A DNA stretch of 64,000 nt from an uncultured bacterium (GCA_963827235.1 CAWHAE010000009.1:384001-448000); one strand, 5' to 3'. Counted from the stretch's first letter, positions 21,756 through 32,189 are shown. The notes: generated by a model not told the origin, from the sequence alone. Program-made: numbers and translations.

Positions 21756-23201
21756 GTGGATACCAACGAGACGACATCGCCGGATCAAGCAATGCAAAAC
21801 GTCACCCGCCGGCAGGTGGTAAAGGTCGGCGGCCTGGGCCTGGCGGCCGCGGTCGGCGCTGCCGTCAGCGATCGTCTGCCTCTCGCACACGCGGAGACTC
21901 TGCGTGCCGCGAGCGCGAAGTTCGATTGGCAGCGGTTCAGCGGGCAGTCGATCAACGTCCTCTTTACGAACCACCCCTGGCAGCAAGCCGTCGCACCGCT
22001 GATCTCGCAGTTCGAAAAGCTCACGGGCATCAACGTCAAGCTCACCGTGATGCCCGAGTCCACCTACTACAATCGCGCGCTGCTCGGCCTCGGCGCCGGC
22101 TCGGCGCCCTTTGACGTCTTCTTCCAGGATCTCGTGGACTTCGGCTACAATGCCTGGCAAAACGGCTGGCTCGAATCACTGGATTCCTATGTCGGCGATC
22201 CTACCCTGACGGACAAGGCAGCCTATGACGTGGCGGATTTCTATCCCAAGTTCATGGACGGCTTCCGCCTGCCGACCTCGAGCGGCCAGCTCTACGGCAT
22301 TCCAATCACGGTCGAGACCTATTTCATCTTCTACCGTACGGATGTGTTCGCGAAATACGGCATCAACGCCGCGCAGCTCAAGACACTCGACGACTGGCTG
22401 GCGGCGATCGAGGGCCTTGCGCCGAAAGTACGGAAAGACAACATGTACGCGGCGGTGATCCGCGGCGTGCCCGCCTCGCTGATCGATCAGTTCGACGCCA
22501 TGGCGCTCGACTGCTGGGGTAACCGCCCCTACGTGGAGCGGCGGTTGAACTTCTTCGACCAGCAGTGGCATCCGCAGTTCACCAGTGCCTCCGTGGTAAA
22601 GGCGCTGGGTTCCTGGGCGCGCGTGGAGAAGGTCTCGCCTCCCGGCATCACGGCCTATGACTGGTACAACTGCACCGCGCAGTTCCAGCAGGGCCGGGTA
22701 GCCACCTTCTGGTTCGACGCCAGCCTCTTCGCCTCCATCTTCGAGGATCCCAAAGTGTCTCGCGTCGCCGGCAAGGTGGGCTATGCCATGGTGCCGGCAG
22801 GCGCCGGCGGCCAGGCGCCGCGTACCGCGTTCTGGAACTGGGGCCTGGGCATTCCAAAGTCCGGCCACAACAAGAACGCTGCCTGGTACTTCATCCAGTG
22901 GGCGACGAGCAAGCAGATCGATCTGCAAGCGGCGCCGAAGACGTTCGCGCCCGTCCGCAAGTCCAGCTGGCACAACGCCGGGCTGATCAAGCAGTTCCCG
23001 GCCGGCTACGCGAACGCCGTGGCGTTCGCCCTCGATCATGCCGACGACGCCGACATTCTCTTCAAGGGAGCGGATCAGGTCGGCATCAAGATCGGCGACG
23101 CCATCACCCAGATCTATCAAGGCAAGACAGCGGCAGACGCGGCAAGCACGCTACAGCAGCAGGCCACGACGATCGTGAAGGCGGCTGGGTATCTCAAGTA
23201 G
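21756..23201 (+). CDS. Sugar ABC transporter substrate-binding protein (Tat signal)
   Basis: VTRRQVVK twin-arginine leader; FEKLTGINV, LYGIP, FYRTDVF and AAWYFIQWATS motifs; AAGGAG RBS before GTG. Confidence 0.9.
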   Translation: MDTNETTSPDQAMQNVTRRQVVKVGGLGLAAAVGAAVSDRLPLAHAETLRAASAKFDWQRFSGQSINVLFTNHPWQQAVAPLISQFEKLTGINVKLTVMPESTYYNRALLGLGAGSAPFDVFFQDLVDFGYNAWQNGWLESLDSYVGDPTLTDKAAYDVADFYPKFMDGFRLPTSSGQLYGIPITVETYFIFYRTDVFAKYGINAAQLKTLDDWLAAIEGLAPKVRKDNMYAAVIRGVPASLIDQFDAMALDCWGNRPYVERRLNFFDQQWHPQFTSASVVKALGSWARVEKVSPPGITAYDWYNCTAQFQQGRVATFWFDASLFASIFEDPKVSRVAGKVGYAMVPAGAGGQAPRTAFWNWGLGIPKSGHNKNAAWYFIQWATSKQIDLQAAPKTFAPVRKSSWHNAGLIKQFPAGYANAVAFALDHADDADILFKGADQVGIKIGDAITQIYQGKTAADAASTLQQQATTIVKAAGYLK

Positions 23202-23268
23202 GACGCGATGACCGACTGCGTGGCGCACGACCCGGAAGGCGCAGTCTTGGATCGAAAGGACGCATGCC

Positions 23269-24069
23269 ATGGATTCTGAATTCTCAATGGGGCCGTTCCT
23301 TGCGGGCCAGACGGCGATCATCACCGGTGGCGCCAACGGCATCGGGCGTGCCATCGCAGCAGCGCTGGCACAGGCGGGTGCTTCGGTTTTCGTTCTCGAT
23401 CGCGATGGGGAGGCGGCCGAACAGACGGCCGCCTCCCTGCGGGCACGAGGTCGTGCTGCGCATGCCGTCAGATGCGACGTAACCAGCGCGGACGACGTCG
23501 GGCAGGCGATCGAGACGGTGGGCGCGCAGAGCGACCGCATCGACCTTCTGATGAACAACGCCGGCGTATCCTCCATGCAGCACGTCTGGGATATCACGGA
23601 AGAGGAGTGGGATCGCAACTTCGACGTGAACGTCAAAGGCATGTTCCTCTGCTCGAAGGCGGTGCTGCCGACGATGATGGGCCGGCGTGCCGGAAAGATC
23701 ATCAATACGGCCTCCGTGGCCGGCACGCGAGGCGTTCCCCTGCTGGCTCACTATGCCGCCTCGAAGTGGGCGGTGATTGGATACACCAAGAGTCTGGCCA
23801 TCGAGCTGGCTCCCTACGGCATCACGGTCAACGCCGTCTGTCCGGGCTATGTGATGACGTCGATGCAGGAACGGGAACTGGGCTGGGAGGCGAGCCTTCG
23901 CGGCCTCACCCCGGAGGAGGTGCGCGCGGAATACGTCAAACTTACGCCGATGGGCCGGCTCGAGCGCCCGGAAGATGTCGCCGCGACAGTGCTGTTCCTG
24001 GCCTCACCGCTGGCGTCCTATATCACCGGGCAAGCAGTGACCGTCGCAGGAGGCGCCGACCTGCTCTAG
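23269..24069 (+). CDS. SDR family oxidoreductase
   Basis: TGGANGIG, NNAG, YAASK and VNAVCPG motifs. Confidence 0.94.
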   Translation: MDSEFSMGPFLAGQTAIITGGANGIGRAIAAALAQAGASVFVLDRDGEAAEQTAASLRARGRAAHAVRCDVTSADDVGQAIETVGAQSDRIDLLMNNAGVSSMQHVWDITEEEWDRNFDVNVKGMFLCSKAVLPTMMGRRAGKIINTASVAGTRGVPLLAHYAASKWAVIGYTKSLAIELAPYGITVNAVCPGYVMTSMQERELGWEASLRGLTPEEVRAEYVKLTPMGRLERPEDVAATVLFLASPLASYITGQAVTVAGGADLL

Positions 24070-24112
24070 CCGAGGCTACACCTGTCTATTCTCTCCTGCG
24101 GAGTGCAGCTCC

Positions 24113-25066
24113 ATGCCAAGCATAGCCGTCATAGGCAATCTGATCGGCGACCTCGTCGTGGGACCGCTGGATCGGCTTCCCGAATTCGGGCAGGAAGCGG
24201 TAGTCGAAGAGCGCTCGCTGCGCTCCGCGGGCCAGGCCTTCAACACGGCGATGGCGCTGGCCGCGCTTGGCGAGACTCCTTGCCTGGTCAGCAACGCCGG
24301 CGACGACGACGTCGGCCGGCAGATTCTGCGAGACATGGAGAGCATGGGCCTCGGCACCGATCTCGTGCGCATCGAGCCGTCCACGCCGACCGGCCTCAGC
24401 ATTGCCCTGCTCAACTCGGCGCGCGATCGAGCGTTCGTCACGCACCTCGGCCATCTGCACCACTTCACGGCCGGCACCGTCCTCGCGGCCTGGTCAAGTA
24501 TCGCCGCCTGCCGCTTCTTCCTCTTCTGCGGCTACGGCAACCTGCCTGCCATGCGCGGCGAGAGCAGCGTCGGCCTGTTGAAGCAGGCACGAAACGCCGG
24601 CCTCGTCACCGTTCTGGATACAGGCTGGGACCCGGATGGCTGGACGACCGGCGCGCGCGAGGAGGTGTGGGCCATGCTCGAGGAGACCGACATCTTCATC
24701 CCCAATCTCGAGGAGGCGCGAGCGCTCACCGGCCAGGACGATCCCGCCGCCGCGGCCGCGCAACTGCGGAGCCGAGGCGCGGGCACGATCATCGTCAAGC
24801 TTGGCCCGGAAGGCGCCCTGTGCCTGACCGCGGCCGGCACGACGCACATGCCGGCCATCGAGACGCAGGTCGCGGACACGGTAGGCGCCGGCGACTCGTT
24901 CAACGCCGGGGTGCTGTACGGGCTGGCTCGCGACTGGTCGCTGGAAGACGCGATCCGCCTGGGCACCGCGGTGGCAAGCCACGTGATCGCCGGGCATCAG
25001 CCGCGCTATCCCTCGATCGAGCAGGCGCTGGCGCTCGGCGGCGCTCCCGCGGCCGGCACAAGGTAG
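24113..25066 (+). CDS. PfkB family carbohydrate kinase
   Basis: AGQAFNTA, PNLEEA, VKLGPEG and DTVGAGDSFNAG motifs. Confidence 0.93.
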   Translation: MPSIAVIGNLIGDLVVGPLDRLPEFGQEAVVEERSLRSAGQAFNTAMALAALGETPCLVSNAGDDDVGRQILRDMESMGLGTDLVRIEPSTPTGLSIALLNSARDRAFVTHLGHLHHFTAGTVLAAWSSIAACRFFLFCGYGNLPAMRGESSVGLLKQARNAGLVTVLDTGWDPDGWTTGAREEVWAMLEETDIFIPNLEEARALTGQDDPAAAAAQLRSRGAGTIIVKLGPEGALCLTAAGTTHMPAIETQVADTVGAGDSFNAGVLYGLARDWSLEDAIRLGTAVASHVIAGHQPRYPSIEQALALGGAPAAGTR

Positions 25067-25504
25067 AGGCTCGCTGCCACGCCGGGCACGTGCCGCTACC
25101 GGCACTCGGGCCGCGCCGGCAGGCGGACACGTAACATCGACGTTGCACCCGCAGGGTATGTCGTGCAGCCTGCTGTACTCAGGTACATTGGGGATGAATG
25201 CCGCGCCCGGAGCGAACGGCGCGGGTAAGATGTCCGCGCGGCGTTCCGTACGGCGCCGAGCGTGAGCAACAGTCCAGTAACCGGCACGCATTCCGGCCTC
25301 GGCAATCTCCTGCGCACAGTGGCCGGAGCACTCGAGCCTGTCGCCCATTGATCTGCTCCTGGGCGCCACGGACCGGGCACGGGAGCTGAAGCGGCACGCA
25401 CTGGCGCACAGTGCGACTCGGGAGCTACCATCGAGAGCAGAGCTGCCGGGCCCGCCGATGGGTCGTGGCCGCGCGTCTACCGCCCGAGACCGGAAGGAGC
25501 GCCC

Positions 25505-25876
25505 ATGCCGATCGGCAACCTCTTCGAGATCGTCCTCTTCGTGGAGAATATGCCGGCGCAGGTGCGCTTCTATCGGGACGTGCTGGGTCTTGAGCTGAGT
25601 GCGCCGCTCGACACGGATGCGGCCGAGGGGCAAAAGTGGGTGACCTTCAAGAGCGGTGCCTGCACGCTGGCCCTCCATGCCGGCGGCAAGAGGCGGTTTG
25701 GAGGCGACGCCCCCCAGTTCTATTTCCTGGTCGACGACATACAGGCGGCACGAGCAATGCTGCTGGACAAGGGCGTCGCCATGTCCGAGATCAGGCACCC
25801 CAATGAATGCTCGTCCTTCTGTTCCGGTCAGGATCCCGAAGGCAACTGCTTCGGACTGGAATCGCGAGACTGCTGA
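25505..25876 (+). CDS. VOC (glyoxalase/bleomycin resistance) family protein
   Basis: FYRDVLGL, FLVDDI and QDPEGN motifs; AAGGAG RBS. Confidence 0.85.
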   Translation: MPIGNLFEIVLFVENMPAQVRFYRDVLGLELSAPLDTDAAEGQKWVTFKSGACTLALHAGGKRRFGGDAPQFYFLVDDIQAARAMLLDKGVAMSEIRHPNECSSFCSGQDPEGNCFGLESRDC

Positions 25877-25926
25877 ACCGGCACCGGCACGCTTAGCGCC
25901 GAACGCTCTCGCCGGACGCCACTCCG

Positions 25927-26544
25927 CTACGGGCGACCCATCGGCTGGCGAATCACGGTCCTCAGCTTCGCGGGCTCGGTGCGCCGGGGATCGCCCAGGT
26001 AGATCTCGTGATGCTTGCCCGCCGGGACGTAGCCGCGGGCGTGAATGAACTCGTGCAGGCGCTGGATCGTCGGGCCTTCGTCTTTGTAGGCGCCATAGTA
26101 CAGGATCTGGGCGCACAGACCTTCCTGGTATTCCTCGAAGCGCATGCGCGGCAGCGCGGGCAGCGGCTTCTTCTTGGCGGCGGCCTGCAGCGCCGCCTCG
26201 ACAGCCCCTGCCGTGACCACGGGAGGCTGCATGATCATCGCCGTCCAGCACCATGTATCGCGCTGATCCATGGCGAAGTCCGCCATGTCCGTGCTCCACC
26301 ATAAGCCCTCGAGCGGCATGACGGCGTAGTCCGCGGATGGGTCTGTCTTCTTGACGTCGAACTTCAGCGTGTAGGCCACGGTGTAGAGGGCGTTGATGGC
26401 TTCGGCATAGTCCTGCGACGTATTCGGATCGCCCTGCCCGTCGATCATCAGATAGCGCATGGGCGGCAGGTCCACGATGGCAAAATCCCTGGCCGATGGC
26501 TGATAGAGATCCTTGAGCTCGCGCTTGAAATCGGTTGCCGGCAT
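25927..26544 (-). CDS. GyrI-like small-molecule-binding domain protein
   Basis: DFKRELKDLYQP, IDGQGDPN, MPLEGLWW and HHEIYLGDPRRTEPAKLRTVIRQP motifs. Confidence 0.87.
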   Translation of the reverse strand: MPATDFKRELKDLYQPSARDFAIVDLPPMRYLMIDGQGDPNTSQDYAEAINALYTVAYTLKFDVKKTDPSADYAVMPLEGLWWSTDMADFAMDQRDTWCWTAMIMQPPVVTAGAVEAALQAAAKKKPLPALPRMRFEEYQEGLCAQILYYGAYKDEGPTIQRLHEFIHARGYVPAGKHHEIYLGDPRRTEPAKLRTVIRQPMGRP

Positions 26545-26557
26545 CCTCGTCCTCCTT

Positions 26558-26715
26558 CTAGGATCGCTCTACTGGGAACTGGATCTCGACCACGGGCACA
26601 CCTTGCCCGGGGAGTGTGACGTAGACCTCGCGGGCCGGCCCGTTGATGTGATGGCCGCTTGCCTCAATCCAGCGGCCGATGGCCATGAAAGCCCCGCCTA
26701 TAGTTTCGTCGCCAA
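26558..26715 (-). pseudogene. C-terminal GyrI-like remnant (e.g. of a MerR/BmrR-type regulator)
   Basis: Manual translation ETIGGAFMAIGRWIEASGHHINGPAREVYVTLPGQGVPVVEIQFPVERS*; no matching N-terminus. Confidence 0.55.
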
Positions 26716-26840
26716 TGCTGAACGTCGCTCACCAGCCCGGTAATCAGCTCGTCTCCCATCCTCGCTACCTACCCTACGCCTTCCAGTAGCTGGAATGTCA
26801 AGGGCACTGGTGGAATCGGTAGGAGGACGTGGCGCGGATG

Positions 26841-28262
26841 TCAGCCCTGCTGGATATCGCGCACTGCCTGGTCGACGACCGGATCGTCGCCCGCGGAGAG
26901 CTCGGCGGCAGTGACCGTCACCTGCTGGTCGGGAGCGACGCCGACCTTGTCGACTTTCTCCCCCTTGGCACCGAGCACGTGGAACGCCGTGATCTCCAGC
27001 GCGCTGGCATCGCTCAGACTGTAGAAGTAGGCTCCCGCCAGCTCGCCGCCCGTGCGGCTGCCCACAACCTTGCCCAGCTTCAAGTCGCGCACGGCGGAGG
27101 CCACCAGCTCAGACGACGACGCGGAGTCGCCGTCGGTCAGAACGACCAACGGCCCGTGGAGGGCGCTGACCGTGCTGTCCGTGCGAAGAGCAACGCGTTT
27201 GCCGCTGCCCTGCACCTCGTAACCGACCACGGCGTGGCGCGCGAAGGCACTGAGTATCTGGACTGCCTGGTCCTCCGCGCCCCCAGGGTTGCCCCGCAGG
27301 TCCAGCACCACACCGCGTACTGCCGTGCCCAAGTGCAGCCCCTTGATCGCGGTGAAGACACGAGAGGCGGCATCGGCGCTGAACTCGAAGAGCCGCACGT
27401 AGGCGATGCCGTTCCCCACTACGCGCGCGGTCGCGAACGGCGTGACCATCAACTTCGGCTGCAACGACACGGTGAAATAGGCTCCGGTGGAGGGGCGAAA
27501 CAGCGACAGAGAGACCGCAGTGCCCATCCGCGGGATGCTCACTGCGCCCAACGCCGCGGTCTCCTGGCCGCCTGCTACCACGGCCTTGCCGTTCACCTGC
27601 TCAATCGTGTCGCCCGGACGCAGGCCGGCGCGGGCAGCCGGCGTGCCCGGCAGCACGTCGGTGACATACGTGGACGTGACTGCCTTGGTCACCGGCGCCG
27701 TGACGATCCCCAGGGTCGGCGCCGGTGTTCCCGGGCTCAGCTGGCTGATGTAGATCTTCGTCTCATCCTGGGGCCAGTACGCCAGGTGATCGTCATGCAG
27801 GCTCATCGTCATGCCAAAGAGAGCCAGCTCAGCCAGGGCTTGCTGCACGCTCGCGGTTGGTTGCAGCAGGGACGAGATGGCGTCATATTCGTCTGCGAAC
27901 AACTGCCAGTCGATGTCGCGATCGCCCAGAAGCGACGGCAGGGTAAATGCCGACAGGCTGGAGGGAAGTGAGCCGGCAATCTCGTTGAAGGCACCGCGCA
28001 ACAGGGTGCGGTCATCCACGATCTTGCCCGCGATGTAGTGGCTCAGAATGCAGCGGTAGCCCTGCTCGACGATGGCAATGTCACTCGCATGGCCGGTGAG
28101 CAGGTCCTTCGGCGCGTCGAGCCGCTTGCAGAGGGCCGGCGTAGCGCCGGCGGTCGGCAGTGGGTAGAGGGACCAGGCGATCAGCGCCCACAGCAGCGCG
28201 CAGAGCGTCACGGCGCTGGAGCAGGCCAACCTCCTGCGTTCCCTGCGCCTCGCCATCACCAT
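26841..28262 (-). CDS. S41 family peptidase with PDZ domain
   Basis: PDZ (GTPAARAGLRPGDTIEQVNG), LDLRGNPGG and SASSSE catalytic Ser motif; N-terminal TM/signal. Confidence 0.87.
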   Translation of the reverse strand: MVMARRRERRRLACSSAVTLCALLWALIAWSLYPLPTAGATPALCKRLDAPKDLLTGHASDIAIVEQGYRCILSHYIAGKIVDDRTLLRGAFNEIAGSLPSSLSAFTLPSLLGDRDIDWQLFADEYDAISSLLQPTASVQQALAELALFGMTMSLHDDHLAYWPQDETKIYISQLSPGTPAPTLGIVTAPVTKAVTSTYVTDVLPGTPAARAGLRPGDTIEQVNGKAVVAGGQETAALGAVSIPRMGTAVSLSLFRPSTGAYFTVSLQPKLMVTPFATARVVGNGIAYVRLFEFSADAASRVFTAIKGLHLGTAVRGVVLDLRGNPGGAEDQAVQILSAFARHAVVGYEVQGSGKRVALRTDSTVSALHGPLVVLTDGDSASSSELVASAVRDLKLGKVVGSRTGGELAGAYFYSLSDASALEITAFHVLGAKGEKVDKVGVAPDQQVTVTAAELSAGDDPVVDQAVRDIQQG

Positions 28263-28534
28263 ACAGCCCCCGACACCTCGGCAGTCCACCTGCCTCCTGA
28301 TAGGGTACTGCGTCTGCCGGTACACGATAAGGTCCTGCCGGGATCGAAGCGTGCCTGCGGTAGTGGTCAACCGGCATTCACTGCGGTTAGGGCCGGCCTG
28401 CGACTGCGGACGCTCATGGCAGCAGCGGGGCGAGTGCGGTGGTATCCCTGCTGACGTTCATGCCGTAGCCGTCTGCGGTAGCAGTGGCCGCAAGCGCAGG
28501 TCGGTCCCTACCGAGGGTCTCCCATGGCAAGACT

Positions 28535-29134
28535 TTAGCCGGCGGCCGCGTGCTCCTCATGAGCGGGACAGAGGCCATGCATGAGCGCGGCGACGATATC
28601 GGCGGCGAAACGGCTATCCGCCTCGTCGTCCGGCGTCTGCTCGAGAAAACGCATGTTCATGGCTCGCTGCTGGCAGGCGCCCAGCAGGAGCGTGGCCACG
28701 ACGTCCACATCGACGCCGGCGCGGATCCGCCCCAGGCGCTGCTCGATGCGCAGGTAGGTGGCGAGCGACTGGTTGGCCCGGTGGGGACCGAGACCCTTGC
28801 TGCGCAACCCTTCCGAGAGCTCCGGCGAGGCCAGCACGCTGGCCGCAATCGGCGTCAGCTTCTGGTAGAACTGCGCGGCCAGACGGGCAACCTCTCGCAG
28901 ATGATCGAGCAGCGTGTCCTCGCCCGCGCGCTCCAGCATGGCGTGGAGAAGCGGGATGAATGGAGGCAGCCGTTCCGCCATCACGGCGAGCAAGAGGCTC
29001 TCCTTATTGGCGAAGTACGTGTACAGGCTGCCCTCCGAGCAGCCGGCGGCGCGGGCGATCTCCTTGGTGGTGAGTGCCAGGATACCGCGCTCGGTCAGGA
29101 CGGCGAGCGCGGCGTCGAGAATCCGTGCCCTCAT
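28535..29134 (-). CDS. TetR/AcrR family regulator
   Basis: RILDAALAVL..LTTKEIARAAGCSEGSLYTYFANKESLL HTH. Confidence 0.92.
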   Translation of the reverse strand: MRARILDAALAVLTERGILALTTKEIARAAGCSEGSLYTYFANKESLLLAVMAERLPPFIPLLHAMLERAGEDTLLDHLREVARLAAQFYQKLTPIAASVLASPELSEGLRSKGLGPHRANQSLATYLRIEQRLGRIRAGVDVDVVATLLLGACQQRAMNMRFLEQTPDDEADSRFAADIVAALMHGLCPAHEEHAAAG

Positions 29135-29167
29135 TCCGATAATATCCACCGTTGTAACATACAATAC

Positions 29168-29210
29168 TTGACATTGAGCGTTTGCACGCCTACCATGAGC
29201 ATACACTCAT
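29168..29210 (+). promoter_or_regulatory. Promoter of MFS gene with overlapping palindromic TetR operator
   Basis: TTGACA-17 bp-TACCAT; palindrome ATGAG-N6-CTCAT at 29195-29210 overlaps the -10. Confidence 0.6.
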
Positions 29211-29374
29211 CCGCAGGCGATGAGGTGGGCAGCGGCCTCTGCGGGCCGTGTTTTCGTCCCGGCATCTATGGTGGCGGGGCTGCAGGTGGGGCAAAGCCTC
29301 CGGGATTGCCCGGCAGTGGCGACCTGCCGTTGCTTCGACGCCGTTCCTCACGAGACTACAGGGGAGGAATCCGT

Positions 29375-31087
29375 ATGTCTGCAATCGCACCCGCGTACGC
29401 CGCGCAGACCGAGGCCGTGCCGGCGCACCGGTGGTGGGCGCTCGTCGCCACCTGCTTCGGCCTGTTCATGGCCCTGCTTGACGTCACCATCGTGAACGTC
29501 GCCCTGCCGACCATCGGCCGCGATCTGCACGCGAACTTCGCCGATTTGCAGTGGGTGATCAACGCCTACACGATTGCCCTGGCCGTCTTCCTGGTCACCG
29601 TCGGCCGTCTGGGCGACCTTTTCGGACGCAAGCGCATGTTCATGGTGGGCCTGGGTGTCTTTACCCTGGGCTCGTTCCTCTGCGCCGTCTCCGGCAGCAT
29701 ATCGATCGGCGGCCTCTCGCACACCAACATGCTGTTCGCCGCACGTGCCCTGCAGGGGTTTGGCGGCTCGTTCATGCTGCCTCTCTCCCTGGCGATCATC
29801 ACTGCCACGTTTGCCGGCCATGAGCGAGGCACGGCGATCGGCATTTGGGGCGGCATCACCGGTCTGGCCACGGCAATCGGTCCCGTGGTCGGCGGCGTGT
29901 TGGTGCAGGATGTGGGCTGGCAGTCTATCTTCCTGATCAATGTGCCGGTCGGCATCGTCGGCATCGGGCTGTCCGCCTGGGCGATCACGGAGTCGCGAGA
30001 CGAGCGCGCGCCGCGCACGGTCGACGTTTTCGGCCTGCTCACCAGCGCCGCCTGCGTCTTCTGCCTGGTCCTGGCCCTCGTGCAGGTCAACGACCCCGAC
30101 AAAGGCTGGATGTCGCCATATATACTGGCTCTCTTCGGCATCGCCCTGCTCACCCTGGTCGTATTCGTGCTCGGCGAGCTGCGCCTCAAGCACCCGATGG
30201 CCGATCCGCGTCTCTTTGCCGTCCGCGGCTTCACCGGCAGCGCCATCGTCGCCTTTACACTGAGCGCAGGGTTCTTCAGCCTGTTCTTCTTCCTCACCCT
30301 GTATTTGCAGAACACGCTGGGCTTTGATCCCCTGCAGGCAGGCATCCGTTTCCTCGCCCTCAGCGGGCTGATCATCGTCGGCGCGCCGCTATCCGGGCGC
30401 CTGACAGACCGCGTCGGACCCAGGCCCTTCCTGCTCGTGAGCACGGCGCTGCTCGTCGTCTCGGCACTGCTGATGACCACGATCTCCACGAGCCGGTTCG
30501 GCCAGACGCAGTGGCTGGCCCTCCTGCCCGCCTTCCTGGTCGGCGGCATCGCCAGCGGCATGGTGAATCCGCCCATCGCGGCCCTGGCGGTGGGCACGGT
30601 CGAGCGCCGGCTGGCCGGCATGGCCTCCGGCATCTCCGGTCTCTGCCGCCAGGTGGGCATGGCAGTGGGAATCGCCTTCCTCGGTGCAATGCTCACCAGT
30701 CGCTACAACACGTACATCCACGATCGCATTCTGTCCTGGCAGGCGCCGGGCCTCACACCGGCGATTCGCCAGCACCTCATTCAGGGGGCGCAGGGCGCGG
30801 GCGACCTGGCCGGTAGCACCGGGCTTCAGAGTGCCGGCAGCCAGTACACGCGACTGCCGTTCTTCCCGGGACTGAGCCACCTAGCGCGGGTCGCCTTCGT
30901 CGAAGGCACGATCGACATCCTGCGCATTGCCGCCGCCGTGCTGGCGGTCGGCTTCCTGGCAAGCGTCCTCCTGGTACGACGCTCGGACCTGCAGAACGAG
31001 GCGCACGACGCCCGGCCGTTCGCCGCGGAATCCAGGGAGGAGGATTACCCGGGCGAGCGCGCGATGGCGAGCCGCGCCGCCGGCTGA
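29375..31087 (+). CDS. DHA2 family MFS efflux transporter
   Basis: LDVTIVNVALPTI, WVINAY, GRLGDLFGRKR, ARALQGFG and FLINVPVG motifs; GGAGG RBS. Confidence 0.93.
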   Translation: MSAIAPAYAAQTEAVPAHRWWALVATCFGLFMALLDVTIVNVALPTIGRDLHANFADLQWVINAYTIALAVFLVTVGRLGDLFGRKRMFMVGLGVFTLGSFLCAVSGSISIGGLSHTNMLFAARALQGFGGSFMLPLSLAIITATFAGHERGTAIGIWGGITGLATAIGPVVGGVLVQDVGWQSIFLINVPVGIVGIGLSAWAITESRDERAPRTVDVFGLLTSAACVFCLVLALVQVNDPDKGWMSPYILALFGIALLTLVVFVLGELRLKHPMADPRLFAVRGFTGSAIVAFTLSAGFFSLFFFLTLYLQNTLGFDPLQAGIRFLALSGLIIVGAPLSGRLTDRVGPRPFLLVSTALLVVSALLMTTISTSRFGQTQWLALLPAFLVGGIASGMVNPPIAALAVGTVERRLAGMASGISGLCRQVGMAVGIAFLGAMLTSRYNTYIHDRILSWQAPGLTPAIRQHLIQGAQGAGDLAGSTGLQSAGSQYTRLPFFPGLSHLARVAFVEGTIDILRIAAAVLAVGFLASVLLVRRSDLQNEAHDARPFAAESREEDYPGERAMASRAAG

Positions 31088-31101
31088 TTCCGTGGTCCGC
31101 G

Positions 31102-31142
31102 AGCGCACCCAGCCGGAAGGAAGTGTTCCGGCTGGGTGCGCT
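31102..31142. terminator. Perfect 17-bp stem-loop after MFS gene (terminator or mRNA-stability hairpin)
   Basis: AGCGCACCCAGCCGGAA-ggaagtg-TTCCGGCTGGGTGCGCT; no U-tract. Confidence 0.55.
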
Positions 31143-31222
31143 GAGCCATCCACTCTGTTCAACCGTACTACCTGATGGGAACCCATGGTCTCCCAAAGGA
31201 AGGGTTCGCAGGAGGGATCGGC

Positions 31223-31906
31223 ATGCGCTCGTTGGGACTCCCTATCGTCTTTCTGGTCATGCTGCTCAAAGAGGCCGGCATTCCCATCCCGGTACCCGGC
31301 GACGTGATCATGCTGGGCGCGGCAGCCCGCGCGGCCAGCGGGCAATGGAATCTCGCGGCCGTGATCGCGGTCTTCGAGGTAGCGATGATCGCCGGAGGCA
31401 CCGCGCAGTACCTCCTGGCGCGCGGTCCCGGCCGGCGATTAGTTTATGGATTGGGCTGTCGCCTCGGCCTGACGAGCGATCGCCTTGATCGCGTCGCGCT
31501 TGGGCTCAAGCGCGGCGGATTCACCGCAGTCGCCATCGGCATGACCACTCCCGGCGTGCGCGCGGCGACGCTGGCAGCGTCGGGTCTGGCCGGCCTCCCG
31601 TTCCGCACCGTGGTACCGGCTCTGATAGCAGGCGACAGCGTGTTCTTCCTGCTCCACCTGGCCATCGGCTATGCGGGCGGTACCGGCATCGCGGCGCTGG
31701 CACGGAGCAGCCACGTCTCGTCGGGCGCCATGCTCGTGGTCGTATTAACAGCAGTGCTGCTGCTCGGGCTGGCTGGCTGGCTGTTCCTGCGCCGGCAGGG
31801 CGAGCGACGGAGCATAGGGGTGCCGCCGGCCGGCGCCGTTGTCGGCACCTGGCGGGAGGCTGCCTGCCCGGTCTGCCTGATGCTCGGCGCCGCGCGCGCC
31901 GAGTAG
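31223..31906 (+). CDS. DedA family membrane protein
   Basis: LLKEAGIPIPVPGDVIML, YLLARGPG, PGVRA and SGLAGLPFR motifs. Confidence 0.8.
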   Translation: MRSLGLPIVFLVMLLKEAGIPIPVPGDVIMLGAAARAASGQWNLAAVIAVFEVAMIAGGTAQYLLARGPGRRLVYGLGCRLGLTSDRLDRVALGLKRGGFTAVAIGMTTPGVRAATLAASGLAGLPFRTVVPALIAGDSVFFLLHLAIGYAGGTGIAALARSSHVSSGAMLVVVLTAVLLLGLAGWLFLRRQGERRSIGVPPAGAVVGTWREAACPVCLMLGAARAE

Positions 31907-31979
31907 GGCGCTGTCCCTACGTCGGCTCATCTTGACCAGAACACGCTGTAGGGACATAGACTCGGCGGGGACCTGTTAC

Positions 31980-32189
31980 TGGCAGCAGGCGCGCGCACTG
32001 GCTGAAGCAGCGGAAGTCGGTGGCGTCGCGCTTGTTGCCATCGATGCGAAGGATGAGAAGGCCGTTCGCTGGTACGAGCGCTTTGGCGCCTTGCCGCTTC
32101 TGGATGACCCGCTCAAGCTGGTACTGCCTCTTGGCGTCATCGCAGATGCCAGAGCGGCGCAGGCTGGGGTCTTTCGTGCGAACGAGTGA
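31980..32189 (+). pseudogene. C-terminal remnant of GNAT acetyltransferase (TacT/AtaT-like toxin)
   Basis: AAEVGGVALVAIDAKDEKAVRWYERFGALPLLDDPLKLVLPL matches the C-terminus of GNAT TA toxins; N-terminus missing. Confidence 0.65.

Noticed and set aside
25070-25500. Intergenic stretch with possible gene remnant
   Set aside because: No family could be assigned from the translations.
26841-28262. S41 peptidase lacking the CtpA catalytic Lys (TGGE instead of TxGKG)
   Set aside because: Consistent with S41 members using a Ser-His system (DDH motif present); not clearly novel.
28484-29374. Apparent 867-aa MFS protein with long N-terminal extension
   Set aside because: The extension is the antisense of tetR plus the promoter region; a good RBS and ATG occur at 29375.
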